A DNA stretch of 63,399 nt, filler included. It is 11 parts of 11 records of this genome, joined end to end, with 100 filler letters (N's around TTAATTAATTAA, not from the genome) between each part and the next. Parts side by side here need not be neighbours in the genome. Positions count along the whole stretch, not along the records: positions 1 to 3,249 come from SRR20825010_4882; positions 3,350 to 8,795 come from SRR20825010_4888; positions 8,896 to 12,634 come from SRR20825010_4893; 8 more parts are not named here. The stretch is one strand, 5' to 3'. Shown one piece after another: positions 1-9,554 of the stretch (its first letter is position 1; every line of letters starts with the position of its first letter). Both the position numbers and the translations under genes were made by a program. A model generated the notes under the pieces. That model ran no database searches. It was not told the origin of the DNA and saw nothing but the letters and a program-made list of their open reading frames with translations.

Positions 1-321
1 CGGCAGCAGCTTCGGATCAAGGACAACAACCTGCGCCCCGCCAGCGGTAATGACACCTATTCCTTTTGATAGATCCGCAGGCGCAACCGACATACCGTTT
101 ACGCCGTCCGGCATCTTCTCAATCAGCACGAGTTCAATCGCCGGATCGACCGCGATCGGGCCGCGCAGGACAAACCGCCAGTCCAACAACTTCCCCTCTA
201 TCAGCTGTATGAACGGCTTGTCGCGCAAATTCACGAAAGCCACGATCAACGCCGCGCAAATCCCCAGAACGATCATCGCCTGGCTCATTCTGGTTATGGG
301 GGAAGGGAGACTTTTCGTCAT
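1..321 (-). CDS. CHASE2-domain sensor protein, N-terminal part (runs off the window start)
   Basis: Manual translation, not in the ORF track: MTKSLPSPITRMSQAMIVLGICAALIVAFVNLRDKPFIQLIEGKLLDWRFVLRGPIAVDPAIELVLIE...; a TM helix followed by the LDWRFxLRGP...DPxIxLVxI pattern typical of CHASE2 starts. Confidence 0.65.
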   Translation of the reverse strand, partial: MTKSLPSPITRMSQAMIVLGICAALIVAFVNLRDKPFIQLIEGKLLDWRFVLRGPIAVDPAIELVLIEKMPDGVNGMSVAPADLSKGIGVITAGGAQVVVLDPKLLP

Positions 322-566
322 TCTCTACAATACGAAGCTGTTGGCGATTTGTTCATTATCTCGAAGAATTATCCGCGTAATTTAAGGCCTTAGCCTATCA
401 GTATCGGATAAATTTACTACTGATTTTTTACCCTTAAGGCGAGATGACGTTACGACGCCAATGTGACGCGGGCCTTTACCTCCCTCCAGAAATTTGGAAT
501 ACTCTACCCGCCGGTGAAAAACAATCAACAACAACCGGCCTGTCCCGTCAGGGAGGGGGAGGAATA

Positions 567-1346
567 ATGCCATCCAATAATTATGTCCGGCTCCGGCAGA
601 TTTGCCTCGCCGCCGCCGATATTACCGAAACAGAGCGGGTTTTCAGCCATGTACTCGGGCTGGACGTCTGCCATCGTTCCGTGCTCGACAATTTCGGGCT
701 GGAAAATATCATGTATGCGATCAATGGCTGTTTTCTGGAAATTGTTGCGCCGACAAAGGAGAATACCGCTGTTGACCGGTTCCTCGCCCGAAATAATGGG
801 CGTGGCGGCTATATGGCAATTTTCGACTGCGCCGATATGGAGCGGCATAAATCGCTCGCCGAAGAGGCTGGCGTCGATCCAATTTATGAACGGCGTAACG
901 AAAAAGCCGACCTGTTGCAGCTTAACCCCAAGCAGACCGGTGCCACCATGATGGAGTTCGACCACCATCATGGTGACGATAGTATGCTTGGCCATTATGA
1001 ATGGGCGGGGGACGAGTGGCATAAATATGTCAGCACGGAGGTGACGGGCAATATTCTTGGCATCGAAATCACCAGCCCGGACGCAGAAGCGCGCGCAAAG
1101 CTCTGGGGCCATATCTGCGACCGTCCGGTAGGGAAACAGGACGGGATATGCGAAATCGACCTTGATTACGGCTATCTCCGCTTTGTCGATACGGCCGGAA
1201 GCGGGCCGGAACTATTTACCGCCATTGACCTGACGGCCCGCGACCCGGAGGCAATGAAGGAACGAGCACAAGAAGCCGGATGTGCGATCACATCGTCGGG
1301 ATTTGATTTTTGCGGCGTCGAATTCCGTATTACATCCGCTGCCTGA
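567..1346 (+). CDS. VOC/glyoxalase-like domain protein
   Basis: RLRQICLAA...FGLEN...FLEIVAP...RFL...GGYM pattern; ATG at 567 preceded by GGAGG. Confidence 0.75.
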   Translation: MPSNNYVRLRQICLAAADITETERVFSHVLGLDVCHRSVLDNFGLENIMYAINGCFLEIVAPTKENTAVDRFLARNNGRGGYMAIFDCADMERHKSLAEEAGVDPIYERRNEKADLLQLNPKQTGATMMEFDHHHGDDSMLGHYEWAGDEWHKYVSTEVTGNILGIEITSPDAEARAKLWGHICDRPVGKQDGICEIDLDYGYLRFVDTAGSGPELFTAIDLTARDPEAMKERAQEAGCAITSSGFDFCGVEFRITSAA

Positions 1347-1401
1347 GAAGATTAATAAACCGCGCTTCGGCGCCAATAACAACCCCGAGGAGGGGGAAAG
1401 T

Positions 1402-1884
1402 ATGACGATTTTGGATCTCGATAATTTTGAAACTGATTTCTGGAAGGATGTGGACAAACGCGCAACCTGGGATCAGATCATTCCGGGTGAGTTGCGCGAC
1501 ACAACGCCGGTGACGCTTACCCAGGAGGTCATCGCCCGCTACGCCAAGGGCGTCGGAGAGGATAACCCGCTCTATTTCGATGAGGAATATGCAAAATCGA
1601 CGATCTATGGCGGGATTATCGCACCGCCCTCCATCCATATCCTTCTTATGTTCGCCTGTACCACGACAGAAGACTGGATGCGCTCCCCCGGGACCATCAA
1701 CGCGGGGCAAAACTGGTCCTATCACGTACCGATCCGCCCGGGCGATACCATCACCATGCGCGGGACAGCACTGGACCGCTTTATCCGGAAAGATCGGCTC
1801 TTCGCCGTGCATGAAAATACCTTCACCAATCAACATGGTGAAGTTGTCTGCACCGGCCGTGGCCAGACCATCCGTCCCGCTTGA
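1402..1884 (+). CDS. MaoC-like hotdog dehydratase subunit, probably non-catalytic (MaoC_dehydrat_N/HadA type)
   Basis: YAKGVGEDNPLYFDEEYAK...GGIIAPPS; Tyr where the catalytic His usually is; GAGGAGG RBS upstream of ATG 1402. Confidence 0.8.
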   Translation: MTILDLDNFETDFWKDVDKRATWDQIIPGELRDTTPVTLTQEVIARYAKGVGEDNPLYFDEEYAKSTIYGGIIAPPSIHILLMFACTTTEDWMRSPGTINAGQNWSYHVPIRPGDTITMRGTALDRFIRKDRLFAVHENTFTNQHGEVVCTGRGQTIRPA

Positions 1885-1903
1885 TCGATAAAGGAATAAA
1901 AAA

Positions 1904-2362
1904 ATGACTGCAGAAGAACAGTTTAACCAGGTTAACGAGGGCGACGTCATCACCGGACGGCCCTTTACGGTCACCCGTGACACGATTCAGGCCTTCGCCG
2001 ATGCCTCGCTTGATTACAATCCATTGCATTTCGATGATAACTATATGAAGAACAAGTTCGGAAAGACGAGCTTTGAAGGCGTTATCATGCATGGCATGCA
2101 GAATTTCGCCCTGATCACCCGCACACTCACCGACTGGCTAATCCCGCGCGGCGGATTTCATCGTCGGCTGGAGACACGCTGGCTGAAGCCGGTACAGCTT
2201 GGCCATACCATCACGCCAGTCGTCACCCTGCAGAGCAAAAAGAGGACGGAAAAAGGCTACTGGCTGCTCTTCGATGTGGAGGTGAATAACCAGGATGGCA
2301 TGCTCGTCGCCATGGGCAATGCCATGGCGGAGTTTATCGATGTGATTCCGGGAAAACGATAA
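1904..2362 (+). CDS. MaoC family (R)-specific enoyl-CoA hydratase/dehydratase, catalytic subunit
   Basis: Hydratase-2 motif FADASLDYNPLHFD...GVIMHGM. Confidence 0.85.
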   Translation: MTAEEQFNQVNEGDVITGRPFTVTRDTIQAFADASLDYNPLHFDDNYMKNKFGKTSFEGVIMHGMQNFALITRTLTDWLIPRGGFHRRLETRWLKPVQLGHTITPVVTLQSKKRTEKGYWLLFDVEVNNQDGMLVAMGNAMAEFIDVIPGKR

Positions 2363-2372
2363 AGCGACGACC

Positions 2373-2909
2373 TTAACTCTGCGGCGGCTTACCAAGGGCC
2401 GCCACAAATTCCTCAAGCCCGCTTCGCTCCGCCTCTTCCAATGCAGAAAGCCCGTCATCGATCCGCGTCTTCAGATGCGGATCGGCCCCGCGCGCAAGCA
2501 GGATTTCCGCTGCTGTTAGATCCTGCTGCGCCACCGCATAGTGCAGCGGCGTCCAGTCGTTGATGCCGCGCTGATGAATATCGGCCCCGTGATCGAGCAG
2601 GAGCGTGAGCAACTCATATTTATCCTCCCGGTCGGTTTCTAGCAGCGTAAACAATGCCGGAAAGCCATCATCCACGCCGTAGTTGACATCGGCACCGATT
2701 TCAAGAAGCTCATGGATCAAGGAAGCTGACGACCAGCAGAAGGCATATTCAAGCGGGGTCCCGGCACAGCCCAATTCGTAGGGTTGCTGACTGTTGGGAA
2801 ACCCCGGCGGATCATCAAGAAGTCGGCGGATTGCTGCCAAATCGCCGGCGTGATAGGCGGCATGCAGCGCAACGGCCCGCCGCTGTAACTCGGATGGGTC
2901 CTCTACCAT
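2373..2909 (-). CDS. Ankyrin repeat protein
   Basis: GTPLEYA...LLEIGADVN, LLLDHGADIHQRGINDWTPLHYAV...LLARGADP ankyrin repeats. Confidence 0.9.
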   Translation of the reverse strand: MVEDPSELQRRAVALHAAYHAGDLAAIRRLLDDPPGFPNSQQPYELGCAGTPLEYAFCWSSASLIHELLEIGADVNYGVDDGFPALFTLLETDREDKYELLTLLLDHGADIHQRGINDWTPLHYAVAQQDLTAAEILLARGADPHLKTRIDDGLSALEEAERSGLEEFVAALGKPPQS

Positions 2910-2963
2910 GCGCCTATGATATCAGGAAAAGGCGACTATAGCAGCGTAAAATTCGCCTTTAGA

Positions 2964-3249
2964 TTATTCGGCAGTTGGGGCCGGATAGGCGCGGGTTATT
3001 ACCTCTTTCCAGGCCGGGTCGTTCCAGAAATCTCTGGGTTTTGAGACGGTAATGCCCCGCGCCGTCAGGTCATCGCAGAAAATATCGATGATCAGGTCCG
3101 AATTCAGATCATGGCTGTGATCGTCATAGGCTTCTGCCTCCGCCTCATCCTTGAAGCAATAACCCTTCCACAGTACGGAAAGGCGTACCTCTTCAAACGC
3201 GAGTTCGGCAAAGGGTTTGCCTTCATCATCCACCCGCCAACGATTATCT
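2964..3249 (-). CDS. Hypothetical protein, C-terminal fragment (5' end lost at contig edge)
   Basis: Open frame continues to the linker; protein-like composition; family not recognised. Confidence 0.6.
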
Positions 3250-3349
3250 NNNNNNNNNNNNNNNNNNNNNNNNNNNNNNNNNNNNNNNNNNNNTTAATTA
3301 ATTAANNNNNNNNNNNNNNNNNNNNNNNNNNNNNNNNNNNNNNNNNNNN
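3250..3349. other. Artificial contig linker
   Basis: N44-TTAATTAATTAA-N44. Confidence 0.99.
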
Positions 3350-3350
3350 A

Positions 3351-3428
3351 CCGCGCAGCTACACCGGCAAATTCCTCAAAGAACTTCTCGAGCGCCGGCC
3401 TGCGGGCAAGGCACAGGCAGCGGAGTAA
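3351..3428 (+). CDS. uvrA: Excinuclease ABC subunit A, extreme C-terminus (partial)
   Basis: Manual translation PRSYTGKFLKELLERRPAGKAQAAE*; SYTGxFL is the UvrA C-terminal motif. Confidence 0.75.
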   Translation, partial: PRSYTGKFLKELLERRPAGKAQAAE

Positions 3429-3435
3429 GAGACCC

Positions 3436-4236
3436 ATGACTACTGGCACCATTCGCGCGGGCATGGGCGGCTGGACGTTTCAGCCTTGGGAAGGAACATT
3501 CTACCCGGATGACCTGCCAAAGAAGCGGCAGCTCGAATATGCCTCACGACAGGTGCCGACGATCGAGGTGAACGGCACCTATTACGGCAGCCAGAAACCG
3601 GCGACCTATGCCAAATGGGCGAGTGAGGCGCCGGAAGGGTTTGTGTTTTCACTCAAAGGCAACCGCTTTGTGACGAACCGTAAGGTGCTTTCGGAAGCAT
3701 CTGAATCTCTTGAGAAATTTCTTGGCTCAGGCATTTCCGAGATCGGGGAGAAGCTCGGCCCGCTCGTCTGGCAGTTCGCTCCTACCAAAAAGTTCGACCC
3801 GGAGGATTTTGAGGGATTTCTGCAGCTTCTACCATCCGAGCGCGACGGGGTTCGGCTCCGACACGTTCTGGAAGTGCGCAACGAGACCTTCTGTACGCCG
3901 GAGTTTCCTCAACTCGTGCGCAAGTATGGTGCCGCGATCTGCTATGCGCATCACAACACATATCCGGAAGTCGCCGATGTGACCGGTGATTTCGTTTATG
4001 CCCGTCTTCAGCGCGGCGAGGACGATATTCCGACAGCTTATGCTCCCACAGAGCTTGATGCATGGGTCAAGCGCGCGAAGCTTTGGGCCGAGGGCGGCCA
4101 GCCAGACGACCTGCCTCTCATGGACCAGGCCTTCACGCCGGAGAGAGAGCCGCGAGATGTGTTCGTCTATTTCATCCATGAAGGAAAGATCCGCGCGCCG
4201 CATGCCGCCAGAGCATTCATGGAGCGTGCGGGCTAG
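3436..4236 (+). CDS. DUF72 domain protein
   Basis: GMGGWTFQPWEGTFYP, IEVNGTYY, LGPLVWQF, LEVRN, FVYARL motifs. Confidence 0.9.
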   Translation: MTTGTIRAGMGGWTFQPWEGTFYPDDLPKKRQLEYASRQVPTIEVNGTYYGSQKPATYAKWASEAPEGFVFSLKGNRFVTNRKVLSEASESLEKFLGSGISEIGEKLGPLVWQFAPTKKFDPEDFEGFLQLLPSERDGVRLRHVLEVRNETFCTPEFPQLVRKYGAAICYAHHNTYPEVADVTGDFVYARLQRGEDDIPTAYAPTELDAWVKRAKLWAEGGQPDDLPLMDQAFTPEREPRDVFVYFIHEGKIRAPHAARAFMERAG

Positions 4237-4340
4237 CTCACCGTGGGCAGTGCCGTTCTTAAAGTCTTGGCGCGACCGGTCACAGGTCGGGGCGCGGGCT
4301 AAATAAAAGCCTTTGATCTTTGACTTAAGGCTCGGTTTTT

Positions 4341-6782
4341 TTACGAGTTTTTATCGGGCTTCCCGGAAGTTTTCCGGGTGCGTTTGTATGGTCCCAGGCC
4401 GCGAGCGGCGCGTGAAAACTGGCGCTGCTCATGCCATGGTCGATAGGGTTCACTGATCGCAAAAGCAATCCTGATCAGGGACGGATCAGAACCATTGTGT
4501 CCTAACCGTATCTCGGCGCTCCCCCGTCGAGCCAGGGTACGCGCCGTGATTGTTTGTGCACGACCAGCCTTACACGGTCGATCGATACGCGCATCATTGA
4601 TGACGATGAGATCCGTGGCCCCACACAGTTCATGAAGAAGTAGGCGGGACGTGGGCAGCTCGGTTTTCATCACATGCGCAATGATCGCTCCACGTTCATG
4701 GCGTAGCACGCAGAAGGCATCGTTGCACAGAAAGTGATTTGTCGTCGCCCGGGCAAGGAGCGCGGCCGTCCCCGCTCCTCTCAACACTTCCGGTTTGCGG
4801 ACTGCTTCTGTTCCGGCAGCTCGCAGCCAGTTTTCCAGAGAAAACGCGTTGGGTCTCTTGCGGTTGACTGTAAGGGCGCCATCGTGCGCGCGCACAGCCA
4901 CCAGTCGCGCATCTTCGGATACTAAAACATCAGGCAGACCACGCGCTGAAACGAGGATGAGCCCCAACACAAGAAAGGGCAGCGCAGCCAACCGCAGTCT
5001 GGTCGTTGTCATGGTGAGGATTGCAAGCGCAGCGGTCAGGCTCAGCGTGGCGGAGAGTGGTATCGCGCCGGTCGCATCGAAGGGGGTTTGCTCAGAAAAC
5101 CACCGGGCGATGCCCATGACCGTCGAGATACCCCACCCCATCAAGGCCAATGGCCATCCATCAAGGTTGAGCGGCATTGTGGCTATCGCCGCCACGGCCG
5201 AAGGCATCACCACCAGAGAAACCACGGGCATTGCCGCCAGGTTGGCTCCAAGAGCAAGTGGCGATGCCCGCTGGAAATGCCACACACCATAGAGGGTTGT
5301 CGCTGTCCCGGCGATCAGCGATGTGAGCGCGATACCGCCGATAGAGATGAAGATGAGATGGACGAGCCTCGCAGTGCCTTTCCGCTCCACATACGGTTTT
5401 CGGGAGAGCCGTTTGGCGCGGTGCGCATTCCACGCCGCATAGCCGGCGATGAGTGCCGCAGTTGCCGAAAAAGACATCTGGAAGCCCGGTCCCACGACTT
5501 CGTGGGGCGTCGTGACAATCACGATCAGGGCCGCAACAGCCAGGTTGCGCATGGTTAAAGCAGCGCGATCGAACAACAGGGCCAGGAGCATGACCGCGAG
5601 CATGAGAAAGCTGCGCTGAGCCGCCACACCGCCACCGGAGACGAGCAAATAGAAGAAACAGACAAGCAGGGCGACAGCCGCTGCGTATTTGCGCACCGGA
5701 TGACGCGAAGAAAAACCGGGGAACAACGCGAAGCCCAGCCTTGCAGCGCCAATTATCGTGAAGGCCGCGAGTGCCATGTGCAGCCCCGAAATGGCAAGAA
5801 CATGCGCCAGTCCGGCCCGACGCAGATCTTCATTGTAATGTTCCGGTATGCCCCCTCTCATCCCGGTAATCAGCGCCGCAGCCACCTCTCCTTCCGCTCC
5901 TCCCACCCGGCTGCGAAGTCTCTCGGCAAGAGACTCCCGCAATCCCTGGAGCGTGGATAAAGCCCACTTCGCTCTTCCGAATGGCCGGTCGATCTCGACA
6001 CGCTCCGGCTCCCGCATGAAAAAGCCCACAGCCCCGAGGCCGTCAAAATAGCTCTCAAACGAAAAATCGTAGGCGTGCGGGCGCACCGGACCCGAAGGTG
6101 TCATGAGGCGCACCAGGCCCTGAACTCCATCGCCCGGGCTCAATCCGTCTGGGATGGAGCGTGCCGACAAACGCGCGCGCTCCGGCGCATAGCGCAAGTG
6201 CGGGCGTTCGGTGGCAACCACATCCACGGTCAAACGAGAGCGCCCGTTCGCTCGCGGTTCAATGCTGACCACGCGGGCTGTAAGCCGCGTCGTCACGTCG
6301 GCGCCGAGCATGGGTGTGGCGGCCCGCCAGGTTTCGACCTTCGCGCATGAAAGCCCGAGAAGAACGATCAATGCGGCAAGGGCGGCGACACGAAGAACAG
6401 GTTTTCCCGACGCCAGGAAAGCCACAAGGGTGAGCGCGAGCAGACCGCTGACGACAGCATAGGCTGGCGGTTCGACCGGTAATGCGAAATATGCAAGTGC
6501 GCCGCCGCCAAGCAGGACAGGGAGCCAAAGGAACAGCGTGCCTCTAGATGATTCCTGCGAGAGTGCAGCGTGTATCCCCGCACTCCACGTCTGCCAGAGC
6601 GGGGCGAGCAAAACGAGCTTTCGTGCTGCAACCGGCGCATACACGGGGCGCGCCGGCCACACTCCAATGCTCTGTGTTGCGTCTTCAGCTTCCGGCGTTT
6701 GCGTGCCGACAGCGAACTGGGCCCGCTCGTCGCTCTCTGCAACCGCCAGTTCGCCCCCCATCGCCTGGCCTCCCCGTGCCAT
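4341..6782 (-). CDS. comEC: ComEC/Rec2 competence protein
   Basis: AGLAHVLAISGLHM and GFQMSFSAT motifs, many TM helices; divergent from gltX. Confidence 0.93.
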   Translation of the reverse strand: MARGGQAMGGELAVAESDERAQFAVGTQTPEAEDATQSIGVWPARPVYAPVAARKLVLLAPLWQTWSAGIHAALSQESSRGTLFLWLPVLLGGGALAYFALPVEPPAYAVVSGLLALTLVAFLASGKPVLRVAALAALIVLLGLSCAKVETWRAATPMLGADVTTRLTARVVSIEPRANGRSRLTVDVVATERPHLRYAPERARLSARSIPDGLSPGDGVQGLVRLMTPSGPVRPHAYDFSFESYFDGLGAVGFFMREPERVEIDRPFGRAKWALSTLQGLRESLAERLRSRVGGAEGEVAAALITGMRGGIPEHYNEDLRRAGLAHVLAISGLHMALAAFTIIGAARLGFALFPGFSSRHPVRKYAAAVALLVCFFYLLVSGGGVAAQRSFLMLAVMLLALLFDRAALTMRNLAVAALIVIVTTPHEVVGPGFQMSFSATAALIAGYAAWNAHRAKRLSRKPYVERKGTARLVHLIFISIGGIALTSLIAGTATTLYGVWHFQRASPLALGANLAAMPVVSLVVMPSAVAAIATMPLNLDGWPLALMGWGISTVMGIARWFSEQTPFDATGAIPLSATLSLTAALAILTMTTTRLRLAALPFLVLGLILVSARGLPDVLVSEDARLVAVRAHDGALTVNRKRPNAFSLENWLRAAGTEAVRKPEVLRGAGTAALLARATTNHFLCNDAFCVLRHERGAIIAHVMKTELPTSRLLLHELCGATDLIVINDARIDRPCKAGRAQTITARTLARRGSAEIRLGHNGSDPSLIRIAFAISEPYRPWHEQRQFSRAARGLGPYKRTRKTSGKPDKNS

Positions 6783-6891
6783 GCTTGCGCCCCGACCGTT
6801 CTATGCTACATGACAGCCAGCCAAAGACCACCTGCGGTATCGCATACCTTTCAAAAGGCCGTGAGACCGCATCAAATCCCGGGATAGATTC

Positions 6892-8313
6892 ATGAGCAGA
6901 CCCGTCGTCACGCGCTTTGCGCCCTCACCCACCGGATATTTGCACATCGGCGGTGCGCGAACGGCCCTATTCAACTGGCTTTATGCGCGCCATACCGGCG
7001 GGAAAATGCTGTTGCGCATCGAAGACACCGACCGGCAGCGTTCGACCGAAGAGGCCACCGCCGCAATCCTCGACGGGCTTGCCTGGCTCGGACTCGATTG
7101 CGATGGCGAGCCTGTCTCCCAGTTTGCGCGGGCAGACCGGCACCGCGCGGTCGCGGAGGAGCTCGTTGCCAAGGGAGAAGCCTACTACTGCTACAGCTCG
7201 CCCGAAGAGCTGGAAGCGATGCGTGAGAAGGCGCGCGCCGAGGGGCGCCCACCCCGCTATGACGGTACCTGGCGTGACCGTGATCCGTCGGAGGCTCCTG
7301 AAGGGATCAAGCCGGTCATCCGTATCAAGACACCGCAAGACGGGGAAACGGTCGTCGAGGATCAGGTGCAGGGCACGGTGCGCTTTCCCAACAAGGATCT
7401 CGACGATTTCATTATCCTGCGTTCCGATGGATCCCCCACATACATGCATGCCGTGGTGGTGGACGACCATGATATGGGCGTCACACACATCATCCGCGGC
7501 GACGATCATCTGACCAATGCCGCACGCCAGACAGTGATCTACAGGGCCATGGGCTGGGAGGTGCCGGTGATGGCCCATATCCCGCTTATTCATGGGCCAG
7601 ACGGCGCGAAACTCTCCAAACGGCATGGCGCGCTGGGCGTCGAGGCTTATAGGGAGATGGGTTACCTTCCCTCGGCCTTGCGCAACTATCTGGCACGATT
7701 GGGCTGGAGCCATGGAGACGACGAGATCATGTCCGACGAAGACATGATTCGCTGGTTCGACATCACCGACGTGAACAAGGGCGCCGCACGCTTCGACTTC
7801 CAGAAGCTGGAAGCGCTCAACGGCGTGCATATGCGGCAGATGGACGATGCAAGGTTGCTCGACATTCTGATCGATACACTGCCGTATCTCGAAGGAGGAA
7901 AAGCACTCCTCGACGCTCTGGACGAGACGCGGAAAGACCAGTTTTTACAGGCTCTTCCGGGCTTGAAAGAGCGCGCCAAAACCTTGGTTGAACTTGTTGA
8001 TAGCGCGAGCTTTCTGTTCGCGGAAAGACCGCTCTCAATCGATGAAAAAGCCGATCAGCTGCTGGATGAGAATGCGCGTCAACTGCTTGCGGAAATTCTT
8101 CCCGTATTGCAAAATGTCGACGATTGGACCCTTGCGAATATCGAAGCAGCTGTCCGCGCTTTCGCGGAACAGACCGAACGCAAGCTTGGCAAAGTCGCCC
8201 AACCGTTGAGGGCAGCGCTCGTCGGGCGCACCACATCGCCAGGCATCTTCGATGTTCTTTCCGTTCTTGGGCGAGAGGAGAGTTTGGCGCGAATCCGCGA
8301 TCAGGCTGCCTAG
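6892..8313 (+). CDS. gltX: Glutamate--tRNA ligase
   Basis: [14 protein letters not shown] (HIGH) and KLSKR (KMSKS) motifs. Confidence 0.97.
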   Translation: MSRPVVTRFAPSPTGYLHIGGARTALFNWLYARHTGGKMLLRIEDTDRQRSTEEATAAILDGLAWLGLDCDGEPVSQFARADRHRAVAEELVAKGEAYYCYSSPEELEAMREKARAEGRPPRYDGTWRDRDPSEAPEGIKPVIRIKTPQDGETVVEDQVQGTVRFPNKDLDDFIILRSDGSPTYMHAVVVDDHDMGVTHIIRGDDHLTNAARQTVIYRAMGWEVPVMAHIPLIHGPDGAKLSKRHGALGVEAYREMGYLPSALRNYLARLGWSHGDDEIMSDEDMIRWFDITDVNKGAARFDFQKLEALNGVHMRQMDDARLLDILIDTLPYLEGGKALLDALDETRKDQFLQALPGLKERAKTLVELVDSASFLFAERPLSIDEKADQLLDENARQLLAEILPVLQNVDDWTLANIEAAVRAFAEQTERKLGKVAQPLRAALVGRTTSPGIFDVLSVLGREESLARIRDQAA

Positions 8314-8508
8314 CTTCGTCCCGCAGAGGATCAGGCTTGCGGACTGGGTTTGATCACCAGGGGTGTGCTGCACTGCAATATTCAGATGCTGCACGCGCTT
8401 GGCACCACGGGGGAAATGCGTTAGCTATTTCGCGCGCTCGACCGCCGGCAATATTGTTTGGGCGACAGTTTTCTGGCGCCAAGTTCCTTGAAGTGAGAGG
8501 TGATTGCG

Positions 8509-8795
8509 ATGACCAAACCAACTGCGAAGCTGGAAATTGGCGGCCAGGAAAACGGGCACGAATTCGAGATTTTGAAGGGTAGCGTGGGCCCGGATGTCGT
8601 CAACATCACCTCGCTCTACAAAGACACCGGGATGTTCACTTACGATCCGGGCTTCACCTCCACGGCAAGCTGCGAATCGAAGATCACCTATATTGACGGC
8701 GATGAAGGCATCCTTCTCCACCGCGGCTATCCGATTGAGCAACTGGCCGAGCACGGCGATTTTCTGGAGACCTGCTATCTGCTGCTTTATGGCGA
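8509..8795 (+). CDS. gltA: Citrate synthase, N-terminal fragment
   Basis: [39 protein letters not shown]; cut by the linker. Confidence 0.95.
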
Positions 8796-8895
8796 NNNNN
8801 NNNNNNNNNNNNNNNNNNNNNNNNNNNNNNNNNNNNNNNTTAATTAATTAANNNNNNNNNNNNNNNNNNNNNNNNNNNNNNNNNNNNNNNNNNNN
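8796..8895. other. Artificial contig linker
   Basis: N44-TTAATTAATTAA-N44. Confidence 0.99.
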
Positions 8896-9188
8896 CTGTT
8901 CAACACCTTGTTCCACGTCGGCTGACGCGGTGGCGGCACCTGGGCGTTTGCTGCGTCCGGGTGCCACCATCGCTGCCGCACTGTCGCGCGACCTGATGGC
9001 TCAGGTCGCGGCAATTGCTCTGTGACAATGGAATTGCCACCCGCTGCGACCTCTTCAAGATCTATGCTGCAGTGCAGAGCCCTGCAGGGCGAGGCGTTCC
9101 GGTATGCATTTTTGGCGGTTCTCTCCGACGCCCGGCAGGCCTATCTGGGGGTCAGGGAAGAGACAACAAGGATTAAAGGCACTTCAAA

Positions 9189-9428
9189 ATGACCTACCAG
9201 ACCACCATGACAACAACTGGCTTCGGCACTTCCGCACAGACGGTGCTGGCCCGTGTCGGTGCGTTCTTCAGCATCATCGGCCAAGCCATGATCGCAAATT
9301 CGACCGGCCAGCGCCGGCTTGATGAGGTAACTGCACTGCAGGCCAAATCAGACGCCGAACTCGCCGCGATGAACATCAAGCGCGACGACATCGTGCACCA
9401 CGTCTTCAAGGACCTTTACGGCTTCTGA
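9189..9428 (+). CDS. Small DUF1127-like protein (79 aa)
   Basis: RRLDEVTALQAKSDAELAAMNIKRDDIVHHVF resembles the DUF1127 LxxxsDxxLxdxGixRxdI pattern. Confidence 0.7.
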   Translation: MTYQTTMTTTGFGTSAQTVLARVGAFFSIIGQAMIANSTGQRRLDEVTALQAKSDAELAAMNIKRDDIVHHVFKDLYGF

Positions 9429-9450
9429 AACGTAACGACATTCGCTGATC

Positions 9451-9498
9451 AACGGCCCGGTGCCGTGCCGCCCAAAAAGCCGCACGCCGGGCCGTTTT
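9451..9498 (+). terminator. Probable intrinsic terminator
   Basis: AACGGCCCGG(9451-9460)...CCGGGCCGTT(9487-9496) inverted repeat followed by T residues. Confidence 0.6.
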
Positions 9499-9554
9499 CA
9501 TGTCTGGGGGGTTGATCGCTTGACACCGCCAGTGCCAGACGCCAACGCTGCCGC

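Noticed and set aside
50-385. 111-aa plus-strand ORF
   Set aside because: Antisense shadow of the CHASE2-like gene; no recognisable motif
9429-9554. Possible CcsR/cuckoo sRNA array downstream of the DUF1127-like gene
   Set aside because: No CCTCCTCCC motifs or repeated hairpins; only one terminator-like stem
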